A DNA stretch of 64,000 bases, taken from NCBI GenBank assembly GCA_964019425.1, contig OZ025789.1, positions 806,001 through 870,000 on the forward strand. Direction: 5' to 3'. Each line of letters begins with the position of its first letter. The stretch's first letter is position 1. A program made the position numbers and the translations under genes. Origin of the DNA: Flectonema sp. DT1601 (taxonomy: Eukaryota). Under the pieces are notes generated by a model, which was given only the letters and a program-made list of their open reading frames with translations, did no database searches and was not told the DNA's origin. Positions 40,910 to 53,600 of this stretch are shown piece by piece.

Positions 40910-43900
40910 CTAAACCAGAGGTTTTAAAGGCGACGCTGCTTGAAGGGCTTTGTTATATGTATGTTTATTCCAATTGTCTCTACGCAAGTCATAACTGTGT
41001 GGTACAAGGTCCGTTGTTGAACCAGATAATGCTTTAGTCCAAGCAGACCTGTCTAAATGCGTTGAACTAAACGCATTTCCTACTCGAGGTGACATATTTG
41101 GATTGACTGGATTATAGTGACCAGGTCCTCCCCCAAGAGTTCGATTAGTGGTGTCAGGTTTCCTGCAAAGAGGCATCGTCCCTTTTGTTGAAGTAACATG
41201 TTGAGACCTGTTTTATATTAATATTTACTAACAATACGAAGTCTTATTAATCGCCGGATTCATACAAAAAGAGAAGAATTATTAAAACATAAAAGTAACC
41301 AGTTCGCGGAGTAAACACTTCTAACAGGCAGAATGTGACATTGAAAAATCACCACGAACAGACACGCAGTTCGCCTACTTCGACCAAGCAGAATGCGACA
41401 GTATGCGGAAAAAGTATGAACACAACATTTGGAACGAAGAGGATAAGGGCGAAGCTTGTGAACCAAAAACTTCGGCAAGAAACGATAATTTGAATACCAA
41501 ACTAAGACACGAAGTTCTTGGCAGCAGCTGTTGTCAGTGGGAAGTCAGAATTGACTATCGCTCATGTTGTATAAAGCGACAATTGAACAAATGTAGGGTT
41601 AGGTTATCATCATGTGGGAGTATTAGAAGGGTGAAGCTTGTGAACCAAAACTTCGGCAAGAAACGATAATTTGAATACCAAACTAAAACTAAGACACGAA
41701 GTTTCTTGGAAGCAGCTGTTGTCAGTGGGAAGTCAGAATTGACTATCGCTCATGTTGTGTAAAGCGACAATTGAACAAATGTAGGGTTAGGTTATCATCA
41801 TGTGGGAGTATTAGAAGGGTGAAGCTTGTGAACCAAAACTTCGGCAAGAAACGATAATTTGAATACCAAACTAAAACTAAGACACGAAGTTTCTTGGAAG
41901 CAGCTGTTGTCAGTGGGAAGTCAGAATTGACTATCGCTCATGTTGTGTAAAGCGACAATTGAACAAATGTAGGGTTAGGTTATCATCATGTGGGAGTATT
42001 GGAAGAGTGAAGCTTGTGAACCAAAAACTTCGGCAAGAAACGATAATTTGAATACCAAACTAAGACACGAAGTTTCTTGGAAGCAGCTGTTGTCAGTGGG
42101 AAGTCAGAATTGACTATCGCTCATGTTGTATAAAGCGACAATTGAACAAATGTAGGGTTAGGTTATCATCATGTGGGAAGGGTGAAGCTAGTGAACCAAA
42201 ACTTCGGCAAGAAACGATAATTTGAATACCAAACTAAGACACGAAGTTCTTGGCAGCAGCTGTTGTCAGTGGGAAGTCAGAATTGACTATCGCTCATGTT
42301 GTGTAAAGCGACAATTGAACAAATGTAGGGTTAGGTTATCATCATGTGGGAGTATTGGAAGAGTGAAGCTTGTGAACCAAAAACTTCGGCAAGAAACGAT
42401 AATTTGAATACCAAACTAAGACACGAAGTTTCTTGGAAGCAGCTGTTGTCAGTGGGAAGTCAGAATTGACTATCGCTCATGTTGTATAAAGCGACAATTG
42501 AACAAATGTAGGGTTAGGTTATCATCATGTGGGAGTATTAGAAGGGTGAAGCTAGTGAACCAAAACTTCGGCAAGAAACGATAATTTGAATACCAAACTA
42601 AGACACGAAGTTCTTGGCAGCAGCTGTTGTCAGTGGGAAGTCAGAATTGACTATCGCTCATGTTGTATAAAGCGACAATTGAACAAATGTAGGGTTAGGT
42701 TATCATCATGTGGGAGTATTAGAAGGGTGAAGCTTGTGAACCAAAACTTCGGCAAGAAACGATAATTTGAATACCAAACTAAAACTAAGACACGAAGTTT
42801 CTTGGAAGCAGCTGTTGTCAGTGGGAAGTCAGAATTGACTATCGCTCATGCTGTATAAAGCGACAATTGAACAAATGTAGGGTTAGGTTATCATCATGTG
42901 GGAGTATTAGAAGGGTGAAGCTTGTGAACCAAAACTTCGGCAAGAAACGATAATTTGAATACCAAACTAAAACTAAGACACGAAGTTTCTTGGAAGCAGC
43001 TGTTGTCAGTGGGAAGTCAGAATTGACTATCGCTCATGCTGTATAAAGCGACAATTGAACAAATGTAGGGTTAGGTTATCATCATGTGGGAGTATTGGAA
43101 GAGTGAAGCTTGTGAACCAAAAACTTCGGCAAGAAACGATAATTTGAATACCAAACTAAGACACGAAGTTTCTTGGAAGCAGCTGTTGTCAGTGGGAAGT
43201 CAGAATTGACTATCGCTCATGTTGTATAAAGCGACAATTGAACAAATGTAGGGTTAGGTTATCATCATGTGGGAAGGGTGAAGCTAGTGAACCAAAACTT
43301 CGGCAAGAAACGATAATTTGAATACCAAACTAAGACACGAAGTTTCTTGGAAGCAGCTGTTGTCAGTGGGAAGTCAGAATTGACTATCGCTCATGTTGTA
43401 TAAAGCGACAATTGAACAAATGTAGGGTTAGGTTATCATCATGTGGGAGTATTGGAAGAGTGAAGCTTGTGAACCAAAAACTTCGGCAAGAAACGATAAT
43501 TTGAATACCAAACTAAGACACGAAGTTTCTTGGAAGCAGCTGTTGTCAGTGGGAAGTCAGAATTGACTATCGCTCATGTTGTATAAAGCGACAATTGAAC
43601 AAATGTAGGGTTAGGTTATCATCATGTGGGAAGGGTGAAGCTAGTGAACCAAAACTTCGGCAAGAAACGATAATTTGAATACCAAACTAAGACACGAAGT
43701 TCTTGGCAGCAGCTGTTGTCAGTGGGAAGTCAGAATTGACTATCGCTCATGTTGTGTAAAGCGACAATTGAACAAATGTAGGGTTAGGTTATCATCATGT
43801 GGGAGTATTGGAAGAGTGAAGCTTGTGAACCAAAAACTTCGGCAAGAAACGATAATTTGAATACCAAACTAAGACACGAAGTTTCTTGGAAGCAGCTGTT

Positions 43901-45268
43901 GTCAGTGGGAAGTCAGAATTGACTATCGCTCATGTTGTATAAAGCGACAATTGAACAAATGTAGGGTTAGGTTATCATCATGTGGGAGTATTAGAAGGGT
44001 GAAGCTAGTGAACCAAAACTTCGGCAAGAAACGATAATTTGAATACCAAACTAAGACACGAAGTTTCTTGGAAGCAGCTGTTGTCAGTGGGAAGTCAGAA
44101 TTGACTATCGCTCATGTTGTATAAAGCGACAATTGAACAAATGTAGGGTTAGGTTATCATCATGTGGGAGTATTAGAAGGGTGAAGCTTGTGAACCAAAA
44201 CTTCGGCAAGAAACGATAATTTAAATACCAAACTAAAACTAAGACACGAAGTTTCTTGGAAGCAGCTGTTGTCAGTGGGAAGTCAGAATTGACTATCGCT
44301 CATGTTGTATAAAGCGACAATTGAACAAATGTAGGGTTAGGTTATCATCATGTGGGAAGGGTGAAGCTAGTGAACCAAAACTTCGGCAAGAAACGATAAT
44401 TTGAATACCAAACTAAGACACGAAGTTTCTTGGAAGCAGCTGTTGTCAGTGGGAAGTCAGAATTGACTATCGCTCATGTTGTATAAAGCGACAATTGAAC
44501 AAATGTAGGGTTAGGTTATCATCATGTGGGAGTATTAGAAGGGTGAAGCTTGTGAACCAAAACTTCGGCAAGAAACGATAATTTAAATACCAAACTAAAA
44601 CTAAGACACGAAGTTTCTTGGAAGCAGCTGTTGTCAGTGGGAAGTCAGAATTGACTATCGCTCATGTTGTATAAAGCGACAATTGAACAAATGTAGGGTT
44701 AGGTTATCATCATATTTTAATTGTTTACGACATGCAGTAAGTATACAAGTCTAATTACAAACCTTGTTTTATCAAATATATCACATCGGGTGTTTGTGAC
44801 CTTCATTGCAATTGCGAAACAACTATCGAGAGTGTAGGTACCAGGCCCAGGCTGTGTTTGAATGAGATATTTAAATATTTTTTTTTGGAGGGAAAAAAAA
44901 AAAAAAGGGAGAGAAATACAAACCTTACCAATAGTTTCCTTGCAAACTAAATTGGTATCTCTGGAAGGAGGTATTAGGTGCATTCTCATTTTGCGATAAT
45001 CAGAAGGTCTGATTTGTGAACTGTTTGCGAGCAGTTTAAGACTCTGATTAGTCGAAAGTTCAGAACTGGTAGGTTTATAACTTGATGTTACTTTCTTAAA
45101 TGATGAAAACAACGGAAGACCTGAAGCCTCTGGCGCCGCCTTCTTCACTTCACAGATAACTCTTGGACTGCATCCAAGAAGTGATGTTGGAAACTTCTTT
45201 GGTGGTGATGGTCTCCTGAATCTCTTGCTATCACTTCCTCTGGGAACCAAACTTTCAAAATTCGTCAT
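40910..45268 (-). CDS. SHIPPO/PG-rich repeat (PGPGxY) protein; exons 45268-44924, 44851-44763, 41207-40910
   Basis: PGPGTY and GPGHYNP motifs. The 3555-bp GT-AG intron 44762-41208 joins the frames (ACA AG|G TCT CAA) and contains tandem array 1. Confidence 0.7.
41451..44713. repeat. Intronic tandem array 1: 18 units of ~175-188 bp
   Basis: Unit starts (GAAGCT(T/A)GTGAACC) at about 41451, 41633, 41821, 42009, 42185 ... 44363, 44545; copies near-identical. Confidence 0.97.
44634..44713 (-). ncRNA. Candidate box C/D-type small RNA (5'-most of 18 copies)
   Basis: AUGAUGA at 44713-44707; CUGA at 44648-44645 and 44637-44634 (69/80 nt); internal hairpin AUUGUCGCU/AGCGAUAGU; same sense as host gene. 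No terminal stem or clear D'/C'. Confidence 0.5.
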
Positions 45269-45661
45269 TCCATGTGCCGTTAATTTCTTGTTTTTTCTGT
45301 GATACACACAAAAACTGATGACACTTTTGTGACCAAAATCCTGTTTGCGAACATTAATATTTTATAATCAATCATCAGATATATTAATAATTCATAATCA
45401 CAAACTATGAATAAGAGTCAATGTGATAATAATAATTACGAAAAAAAATTATAATCGAAGAGAAGAAACCTAACAAAAACAACTCCTAAATGAGGGCGAA
45501 ACAATAGTACAGTAAAAAAATTTTCACTGAAACAAACATAAAACGAAGCAATCTCACAGGGTGAAAACCTGTAAAACGATTTTAAGGAGATGTGTAGGTA
45601 CTTCAATCTTCTGAAAAAGTTAGAAGGTTAGTAAAATAGAGAGGAATTGAACAAGGCTAAG

Positions 45662-46438
45662 TCAACTACCAATTAGCATAGCCTCTGCTGTGACTGACTC
45701 AGTAAGAAAGGGTTTAGGTTCACCAAGAGGAAGAATAGCAGGAACTGTTTGTGAAATAAAGTCATCGACAGGTCCCAACTCAGAAAGTAAAATTTCTCCA
45801 TCGAAATCATCATCGACGTTGTTGTTTGCGAGTATATTATTAACTTCCTCGACATCGTCGTGGTGTGATTTTATATTTGAAGTGACGTCAAGAACTTCTT
45901 CCACATTAATTTTATCTTTCATTTGAGTATTTGCAAGTTTCAATGTAACAACTACTTCGTTAGAATTTAATGTTTCCGTGATCTTTGAGAGTGACTCCTC
46001 CATAACATCAACCTGTCTAATAAGGATCAACAAGGATGCCTCTTTCTTCCTCTTTTGTTTCATAATCCCAATTGCACGTTTCTTGTCACCAGCCTTTAGA
46101 AGAGCGACAGCTTCAAATTCCTGTTTTTTTTATTTTTTTTTAAAAAAAAAATATACGTAAAAAAAAAAAAGAATTAAAAATATACACACCAGCTGTTTTA
46201 TTTTTTTTTCTGTAATGGATTGTTGCGTCATGAGGTGGTCAATGCCACATCTGAGTGTTTCCTATTTTTGATTTGTTTTTAAACTTAAAGCAAGTGAGAC
46301 ATGATTCTCACTCATGATAAAGAAACAAATATTACAAACCACTGCAGTATCAGTTTCCGTATCTGAAGTTTGCTTCAGCGGGGGTATTTCAGTTGTTTTG
46401 TACCCCAAGATGGCCCACAGAAATCCAAATAAACTCAT
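45662..46438 (-). CDS. Divergent ESCRT-III Snf7-family protein; exons 46438-46340, 46261-46190, 46120-45662
   Basis: GDKKRAIGIMKQKRKKE, NEVVVTLKLAN, DVEEVNNILA; same three-exon phase-0 structure as its two neighbours. Confidence 0.75.
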
Positions 46439-46493
46439 ATTGGTTATCAACCCTGAAAGGAATATTATTTTAAGGTGGTGGGTACTTAACGTC

Positions 46494-46534
<41 letters not shown>

Positions 46535-47033
46535 TGAATAAAAAAAACCTAACCCTTTTCAATGTTAGACGGGAAATATTTTAGGTAGGCAGTTGGGAGG
46601 AATTGTAAAGAAAATAACAAAAATTTGTGAAAAAAAAAAAAAAACGGAATTGAGCGAAAAAAAAAAAAAATAGAAGTTATTTCAGTTTTTTTCTTTTCTT
46701 TTTTGAGGCATAAATAGACGCGCACCTGGCGTACACGAAAGCAGCCCTTAATTTTATGTGCTGGTATCGAACAGGCGTGAAATAAATATTGACGAGAAAA
46801 AAGGATACAGAATTATTAGTGAGCAAGATCGGTTTGTTTGTGGAAATCAGGTTAGAATACCATATCGTGAGAAGCTGTAGCATAACACAGAGGAACACTG
46901 TGGGCATCCAGAAGTTAGAACAAGCCAGTGCCCACGTGTTTTGTTTTGTTACTTCCACCTTGGCATCGAATGCCACGCTATTTTAACTAAAAGAACAGAA
47001 CAGTAACGAAGACCAGAACACTCAACTAAAGAT

Positions 47034-47872
47034 CTAGTTGGGAGCAAGAAGGTCAGCGAGTAGCGACTCGTCCTCCTCCTTTTGCTTTTCAGCTGCAGTT
47101 ACTGCGGGTTGAGCTACAGGAAGAGGAGCGAGAGTTCCAACCTCAGCGCTGTCTAGTCTGGCCTCGAGATCGTCTGCTGCTAAGTTTTCCAAGTCAGCCA
47201 GAAGCTCGTCATCATCGTCATCATCAGCGAATGGAGTAGCGAGGATTTCATTAACTTCAGTTATTTCTCTGTGCTGCTCAGCTATGTCTGCAGCTACTTC
47301 TGCAACATCATCGACGTCTAACTTTGATCTCTCAAGTTGATGAAGAACTTGTTTTTGCATATCTACGAGTACTCTTGCGTTCTCTTGTTCAACCATCTTA
47401 CTCTGAGTCTGCATTAATCCATCAGCCTGAGCATGTGAGTTGTCTAATTCTTTCTCTTTATGTTTCTTTCTTTTCATACATTGAATCGCACGTTTCTTTC
47501 CGGCTTCAGTACGAGTTGCCAAGTGCTTCTTGGCTTGTTCCTCCTGTAGGTGAATTATTTAATTGATAAATAAGATACCAAACCACCGTAAACGAATCCT
47601 ACGAGGGTTACGGGTGGACATACCAAATCGTTAATCTCCTTTTCGAGAACGCGTTGCCGTTTTTGCATGTTATCTACCAGTCCTGAAATTCTCTGTTGGT
47701 TGGTTTTGTTGATCATATTTATTTGTTATCGTTCATTCGTGGTGAACGAAAAAAAGGAAAGTTTGATACACACCTCACTGGTATCGCCTACTGAAGCCGT
47801 TTGTCTTGGAAGTGGAGCTGGTTGAGGCACAGTCTTTGAGCCGCCTCCAAACATCTTTGATAAAAAAGACAT
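47034..47872 (-). CDS. SNF7: ESCRT-III Snf7/Vps32/CHMP4-like, copy B; exons 47872-47774, 47692-47624, 47543-47034
   Basis: MSFLSKMFGG, MQKRQRVLEKEI, KKRAIQCMKRKKHKEKEL, DIAEQHREITEVNEILATP, DDDELLADLENL. Confidence 0.85.
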
Positions 47873-48056
47873 TAAAAATATGAGCTGTGAGTGAAATCAT
47901 TATTGAGTTATTACAAAAAAAACAAAATTAAAAATAACGCACTGTGTGCTCTGCTTCTACCAAGTTGGTACATACTGTTTTCTGGATTACTCTGGATGAC
48001 GAAGTAGTGATGAGAGCATGATAATTTAAAATTTAAAATTTAAAAAAAAAAAAAAA

Positions 48057-48118
48057 AAATCAAGAAGCAGATAAAAGAATATAAGTAGAAAGTATAAGAA
48101 TAAGAAGCAGCTTACTGG
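48057..48118. repeat. Upstream block duplicated with the Snf7 gene (second copy ~49935-49997)
   Basis: AAATCAAGAAGCAGAT...TATAAGTAGAAAGTATAAGAATAAGAAGCAGCTTACTGG lies upstream of both copies B and C. Confidence 0.85.
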
Positions 48119-48899
48119 TATTTTAAATTGAGGGAAGACGAGGTAGGGGAGGAGGGGTCAGGAGGGTGACAAAAAGATATTCATGGACGGAATACTTTCC
48201 TCTGCCTTGTCATTATTTCTTTCAAAGCTTCTTTTTTTTATTTTATATTATTCTTTTTTTTTTTTATTATGCCCCAAGTGAGGTGTGCAGAAATGCTTTT
48301 AAAAAAAAAAGAGGCAAGATTCTTTTTTTTTTTGCATTCTTTTTTTTATTAATGAAAATAATTGGGGTCAGTGCTTTACTGTAAACTTCAAGGAGGTTTT
48401 TTGAACTACAAAAAAATGCAATTAGTGCTCTCAGTGAACGAAATTTAATTAAATAAAACACCACCCTATACAATCAGTTGTGTCTGTGCACAACCGAACA
48501 GCAAACATCACAGCTGCTAATTACTATTTATTCACGCGCTTAACAATTTCCTCAGAAACGAAAAAGCAAATATCACACAAGGCAAGCAGGGATAAAATAA
48601 AAATAGAAACCGTAATAACCATAAGCCCTATGAAAAGGCTCTAACCCCCATGAAAAAAAAAGGCTCTAATTGTGTAGATACCTTTTTTTTTTTTTTTTTT
48701 TTTTTCTTACTTCCGCAAAGTAGGCTACCCGGCTAGAAATTTAGGTAATACTCAGTGGAGACATCATTTCAGACCAACGGGAAAAAAAGAAAAGAAAAAT
48801 CGGGTACTTTCGAAGTTTTTTTATTATTCATTTCTCCAATCCGAACTTCATACGCAAGGCTACCTGTCAAATTAGAAACAACGTGACAATACGGCCACT

Positions 48900-49737
48900 T
48901 CAAGCTAGTTGGAGATCGAGCTCTGCGAGTAGCGACTCGTCCTCCTCCTTTTGCTTTTCAGCTGCAGTTACTGCGGGTTGAGCTACAGGAAGAGGAGCGA
49001 GAGTTCCAACTTCAGCGCTGTCTAGTCTGGCCTCGAGATCGTCTGCTGCTAAGTTTTCCAAGTCAGCCAGAAGCTCGTCATCATCGTCATCATCAGCGAA
49101 TGGAGTAGCGAGGATTTCATTAACTTCAGTTATTTCTCTGTGCTGCTCAGCTATGTCTGCAGCTACTTCCGCAACATCATCGACGTCTAATTTTGATCTC
49201 TCAAGTTGATGAAGAACTTGTTTTTGCATATCTACGAGTACTCTTGCGTTCTCTTGTTCAACCATCTTACTCTGAGTCTGCATTAATCCATCAGCCTGAG
49301 CATGTGAGTTGTCTAATTCTTTCTCTTTATGTTTCTTTCTTTTCATACATTGAATCGCACGTTTCTTTCCGGCTTCAGTACGAGTTGCCATATACTTCTT
49401 GGCTTGTTCTTCCTGTAGGTTATTAAAGTTTTATTTACATTAAAGGTAACCGTCATGCAGGGTGATATAAAAAATAGTAAAATACAAACCAATTCGGTAA
49501 TTTCTCTTTCCAGAACTCGCTGCCGTTTTTGCATGTTTTCTATTGTTCTGGATACTCGCTGTTTTTTTGTTTTTTGTTTTTTTTCTTATTTACTACGCAA
49601 ACCATCCAACAGAAATTAATAACCCAAAATCATACCTCGTTCGTATCAATTGAGGGATCGTGTTGTTTGTGAAGCGGTGCCGGTTGCGTTGCTGGCTTTG
49701 AACCTCCACCACCAAATATCTTCGATAGGAAAGACAT
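48900..49737 (-). CDS. SNF7: ESCRT-III Snf7/Vps32/CHMP4-like, copy C; exons 49737-49636, 49558-49490, 49412-48900
   Basis: MSFLSKIFGG start; exon 3 almost identical to copy B; ends ESLLAELDLQLA. Confidence 0.87.
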
Positions 49738-50652
49738 TTTGTGAAAGTTTTTTTTTTTTTTTTTGACCTGTAGTTTGAATATATACAATAAACAATGCGT
49801 AGTTGTGATTGATATAAATTTCAGTGGATGACCTCTCTCATGATGTTTTGACTGTTGTTCGGTTACCTCTGGATGACAATAAAATAGTAATTAGAATGTA
49901 ATAATTAAAATTTTTTTTCATAGAATAAAAAAAGAAATCAAGAAGCAGATGAAAATAATATAAGTAGAAAGTATAAGAATAAGAAGCAGCTTACTGGGGA
50001 GGAGAGAAAACTCCTCTGTTTTTTTTTTTTTTTTTTTTTTGAACTGGGGGGTATGGAATGTGAAAACTGAGAAAAGTAGCAGGTTTACCCAAATCAAGAT
50101 AACTGCAAAGGTAACAAACGGTTTTCGAAACCAAGATGAATAGGTATCCATCTGTTACACACCAATGACTTCACATGGTAACCTACAACTTCTAACTCAG
50201 AGAACGGGAAAACATGGAGAGATGAGAATTTCTCACAATAAATCGCTTCTGGGGAGTAGAGGCAAAAATGAAGGTAAATAAAGACAAACGGGGGAGTGAA
50301 AAAAAATGAACTTGTTTCGCATAGTAGGTAACGCTATGTAATAATAACCTCACCACTTATTCCACAACTAAGTATGTGTAGAAATTGGATGCCGCACGAC
50401 AAAAAAAAAGACACTTCTAGGACCCATCTGTAAAGCTGTCCTCTTGTCTGATGTCTGATGTCGTTCTAACAACAAGAGGATTACCAAAAGTGATCTAATG
50501 AGAGAGTGCAACTTGTAAAAGACTGCACGTGTAACTGAAAATAAGACACAAAAAACCCCTGTTTCTAAACCTCCATTATCTACTGTTTCAACAATCAGTT
50601 CCTTCATATCGGAGAATGCTAAAAGTTGCTTCAGACGACTTACGTTGGATGA

Positions 50653-53600
50653 CTAGCCATCTGCAGGAGGTCGTAATTCTGGCCAGTCTTCAGAATTCTC
50701 TCGAACTCTGTGCTGGTTATTCGACGTAGAACTCTCAAACGTTGAATCAGAATCTGACATAAGAGAATCCTCAACACTATTAGATATGTTGTTATCTTTA
50801 TCATTCGATGCTGTTGATGAAATATCAAAGAAGTTATAAGAGGCTTGTTTTGCCTCATCAGGAGGAGGATCAAACCTATGATGTGATGCCTTCTCTGAAG
50901 ATTTCAGTTCTTCCGGTACGTCACTCTTATCTTCAATATATTTATGTTGACCAGGTTGGTTGCTATCATCAACTATTATGTTTTGTTCTTGTGAATTATC
51001 AGAATTTCTGTTTGCCCTTTTCTTTATTATTGTTGGAACTTGTAACTCAAGTACTTCAGAACAAGGCTTACTAGTATCATTGAAAACATTTTCAGCAGCC
51101 AAATGACAATTCCGCTGTCGAAGCGGATTCTCAGAATCTTTATTTTTTCGTCCCTTCCTTTTCCAAAATGCACATCTGATCTTATCCGCAGCAAACCAAT
51201 GCATCAAGGTAAAACAGTTTTGTATAATTTTAGGAGACTTAGTTAACTTTAAATGCCTTAACAGATTGATATCCGCTGTTAGAATATCATACTCTCTAGC
51301 AGCAAGAGCGAACACTAATGACCTTACGTGGATCTCACAAGACTTACTAAGTGGAACTGGTATTGAAGCTAGGAATGTAATCATATCAAGGCCGTTTAGT
51401 TCCTTTTTTAGAGGGACAGGAACAAACTCTCCACCAATGAATCTCGGAACATAAGCTAATTCTTCAGGTAGTAAAGTTGTGTTCGCTTCAAGTGTTTTTA
51501 CTAAGTCACTCGCAGGTACAGATTTCCTACAATCAAATACCTCTTCCCAATTTTCAATAAATTTTCGAAGCACGTCTATCTTTGACATGTTCATTGTGTT
51601 GGTTTCTTGTTCCTGTTTTTTTTTTTTTTTTTTTTTGTTATATTTATATTGTCCTTAAAACAGTTAAAGAAACATAAAAAAACGATATGCTGACATACCT
51701 GTAGGAGTTCGACCACAACAGCAGCGAATACATTCAACATAACTATACATCCAATTACCATGAACAGTACAAAGTACACTGCTGGAACCCATGCTCGATC
51801 TCCTTGTGAAACCAAAACAGTCCTGATATCTATCCAACCTTCTGTAGTTGAAGCCGATGCTAGTGTCAGCATAGCTTGTGGTAGATTCTCAAAATTAAAA
51901 TTCGTATTAATCGGATATATTCTTTTTAATTTTCCGAACAAGTCAACACCTGCGACTCCGAAAACGAAGAAAACAGACATCAGAAGCATCCCAATGTTAC
52001 CAAAGAACATTAAGTTTCGGTCCTGTTTTGTGTTACAATTTGTACTCTTGCTCCACACAATAGTAAACAGTAGGAGAAGAACGAAATTAAGTGAAACAGA
52101 AAATCTCAGAAGAGTAACACGCATCAATTATTATCGTGTCAAAAACAAACAGTTCACTCAAACACAACAACTGCTTCACGAGATGGGAGGCAAAAATATT
52201 CTTAAGAGTGGATAGAATGCTGAGAAGAGTGGTCACAACATGACAACAAGAGTTCCTTAAGATGTCGTGTAAGAAAATGAATTCTCACTTCGACAATTTG
52301 AACATTTTCTAATCGTCCGAAGTGGTCAGACCGTTGCGGTGTATTCGATATCATCATTAGGAAGAAGGAAAGCTTTACTCAAAGAGAACAATAGCGGCAG
52401 GTGAATGAGAAGAGTGGTCACAACATGGCAACAAGAGTTCCTTAAGATGTCGTGTAAGAAAATGAATTCTCACTTCGACAATTTGAACATTTTCTAATCG
52501 TCCGAAGTGGTCAGACCGTTGCGGTGTATTCGATATCATCATTAGGAAGAAGGAAAGCTTTACTCAAAGAGAACAATAGCGGCAGGTGAATGAGAAGCGT
52601 GGTCACAACATGGCAACAAGAGTTCCTTAAGATGTCGTGTAAGAAAATGAATTCTCACTTCGACAATTTGAACATTTTCTAATCGTCCGAAGTGGTCAGA
52701 CCGTTGCGGTGTATTCGATATCATCATTAGGAAGAAGAAAAGCTTTACTCAAAGAGAACAATAGCGGCAGGTGAATGAGAAGAGTGGTCACAACATGGCA
52801 ACAAGAGTTCCTTAAGATGTCGTGTAAGAAAATGAATTCTCACTTCGACAATTTGAACATTTTCTAATCGTCCGAAATGGTCAGACCGTTGCGGTGTATT
52901 CGATATCATCATTAGGAAGAAGAAAAGCTTTACTCAAAGAGAACAATAGCGGCAGGTGAATAAGAAGAGTGGTCACAACATGGCAACAAGAGTTCCTTAA
53001 GATGTCGTGTAAGAAAATGAATTCTCACTTCGACAATTTGAACATTTTCTAATCGTCCGAAATGGTCAGACCGTTGCGGTGTATTCGATATCATCATTAG
53101 GAAGAAGAAAAGCTTTACTCAAAGAGAACAATAGCGGCAGGTGAATAAGAAGAGTGGTCACAACATGGCAACAAGAGTTCCTTAAGATGTCGTGTAAGAA
53201 AATGAATTCTCACTTCGACAATTTGAACATTTTCTAATCGTCCGAAATGGTCAGACCGTTGCGGTGTATTCGATATCATCATTAGGAAGAAGAAAAGCTT
53301 TACTCAAAGAGAACAATAGCGGCAGGTGAATAAGAAGAGTGGTCACAACATGGCAACAAGAGTTCCTTAAGATGTCGTGTAAGAAAATGAATTCTCACTT
53401 CGACAATTTGAACATTTTCTAATCGTCCGAAGTGGTCAGACCGTTGCGGTGTATTCGATATCATCATTAGGAAGAAGGAAAGCTTTACTCAAAGAGAACA
53501 ATAGCGGCAGGTGAATGAGAAGCGTGGTCACAACATGGCAACAAGAGTTCCTTAAGATGTCGTGTAAGAAAATGAATTCTCACTTCGACAATTTGAACAT

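Noticed and set aside
41455..41530. Canonical H/ACA guide in the second hairpin of array 1
   Set aside because: In the most stable fold the pocket lies ~26 nt from ACA rather than 14-16; an alternative fold gave no U at the target position in the rRNA segment I could recall.
41403..43860. Plus-strand ORFs MNTKLRHEVLGSSCCQW...
   Set aside because: They arise from indel variants of the repeat unit, are frame-broken in most copies and are antisense to the host gene.
46677..46976. 99-aa minus-strand ORF after Snf7 copy B
   Set aside because: Non-ATG start, ends in an A-run, no motif; likely 3' UTR.
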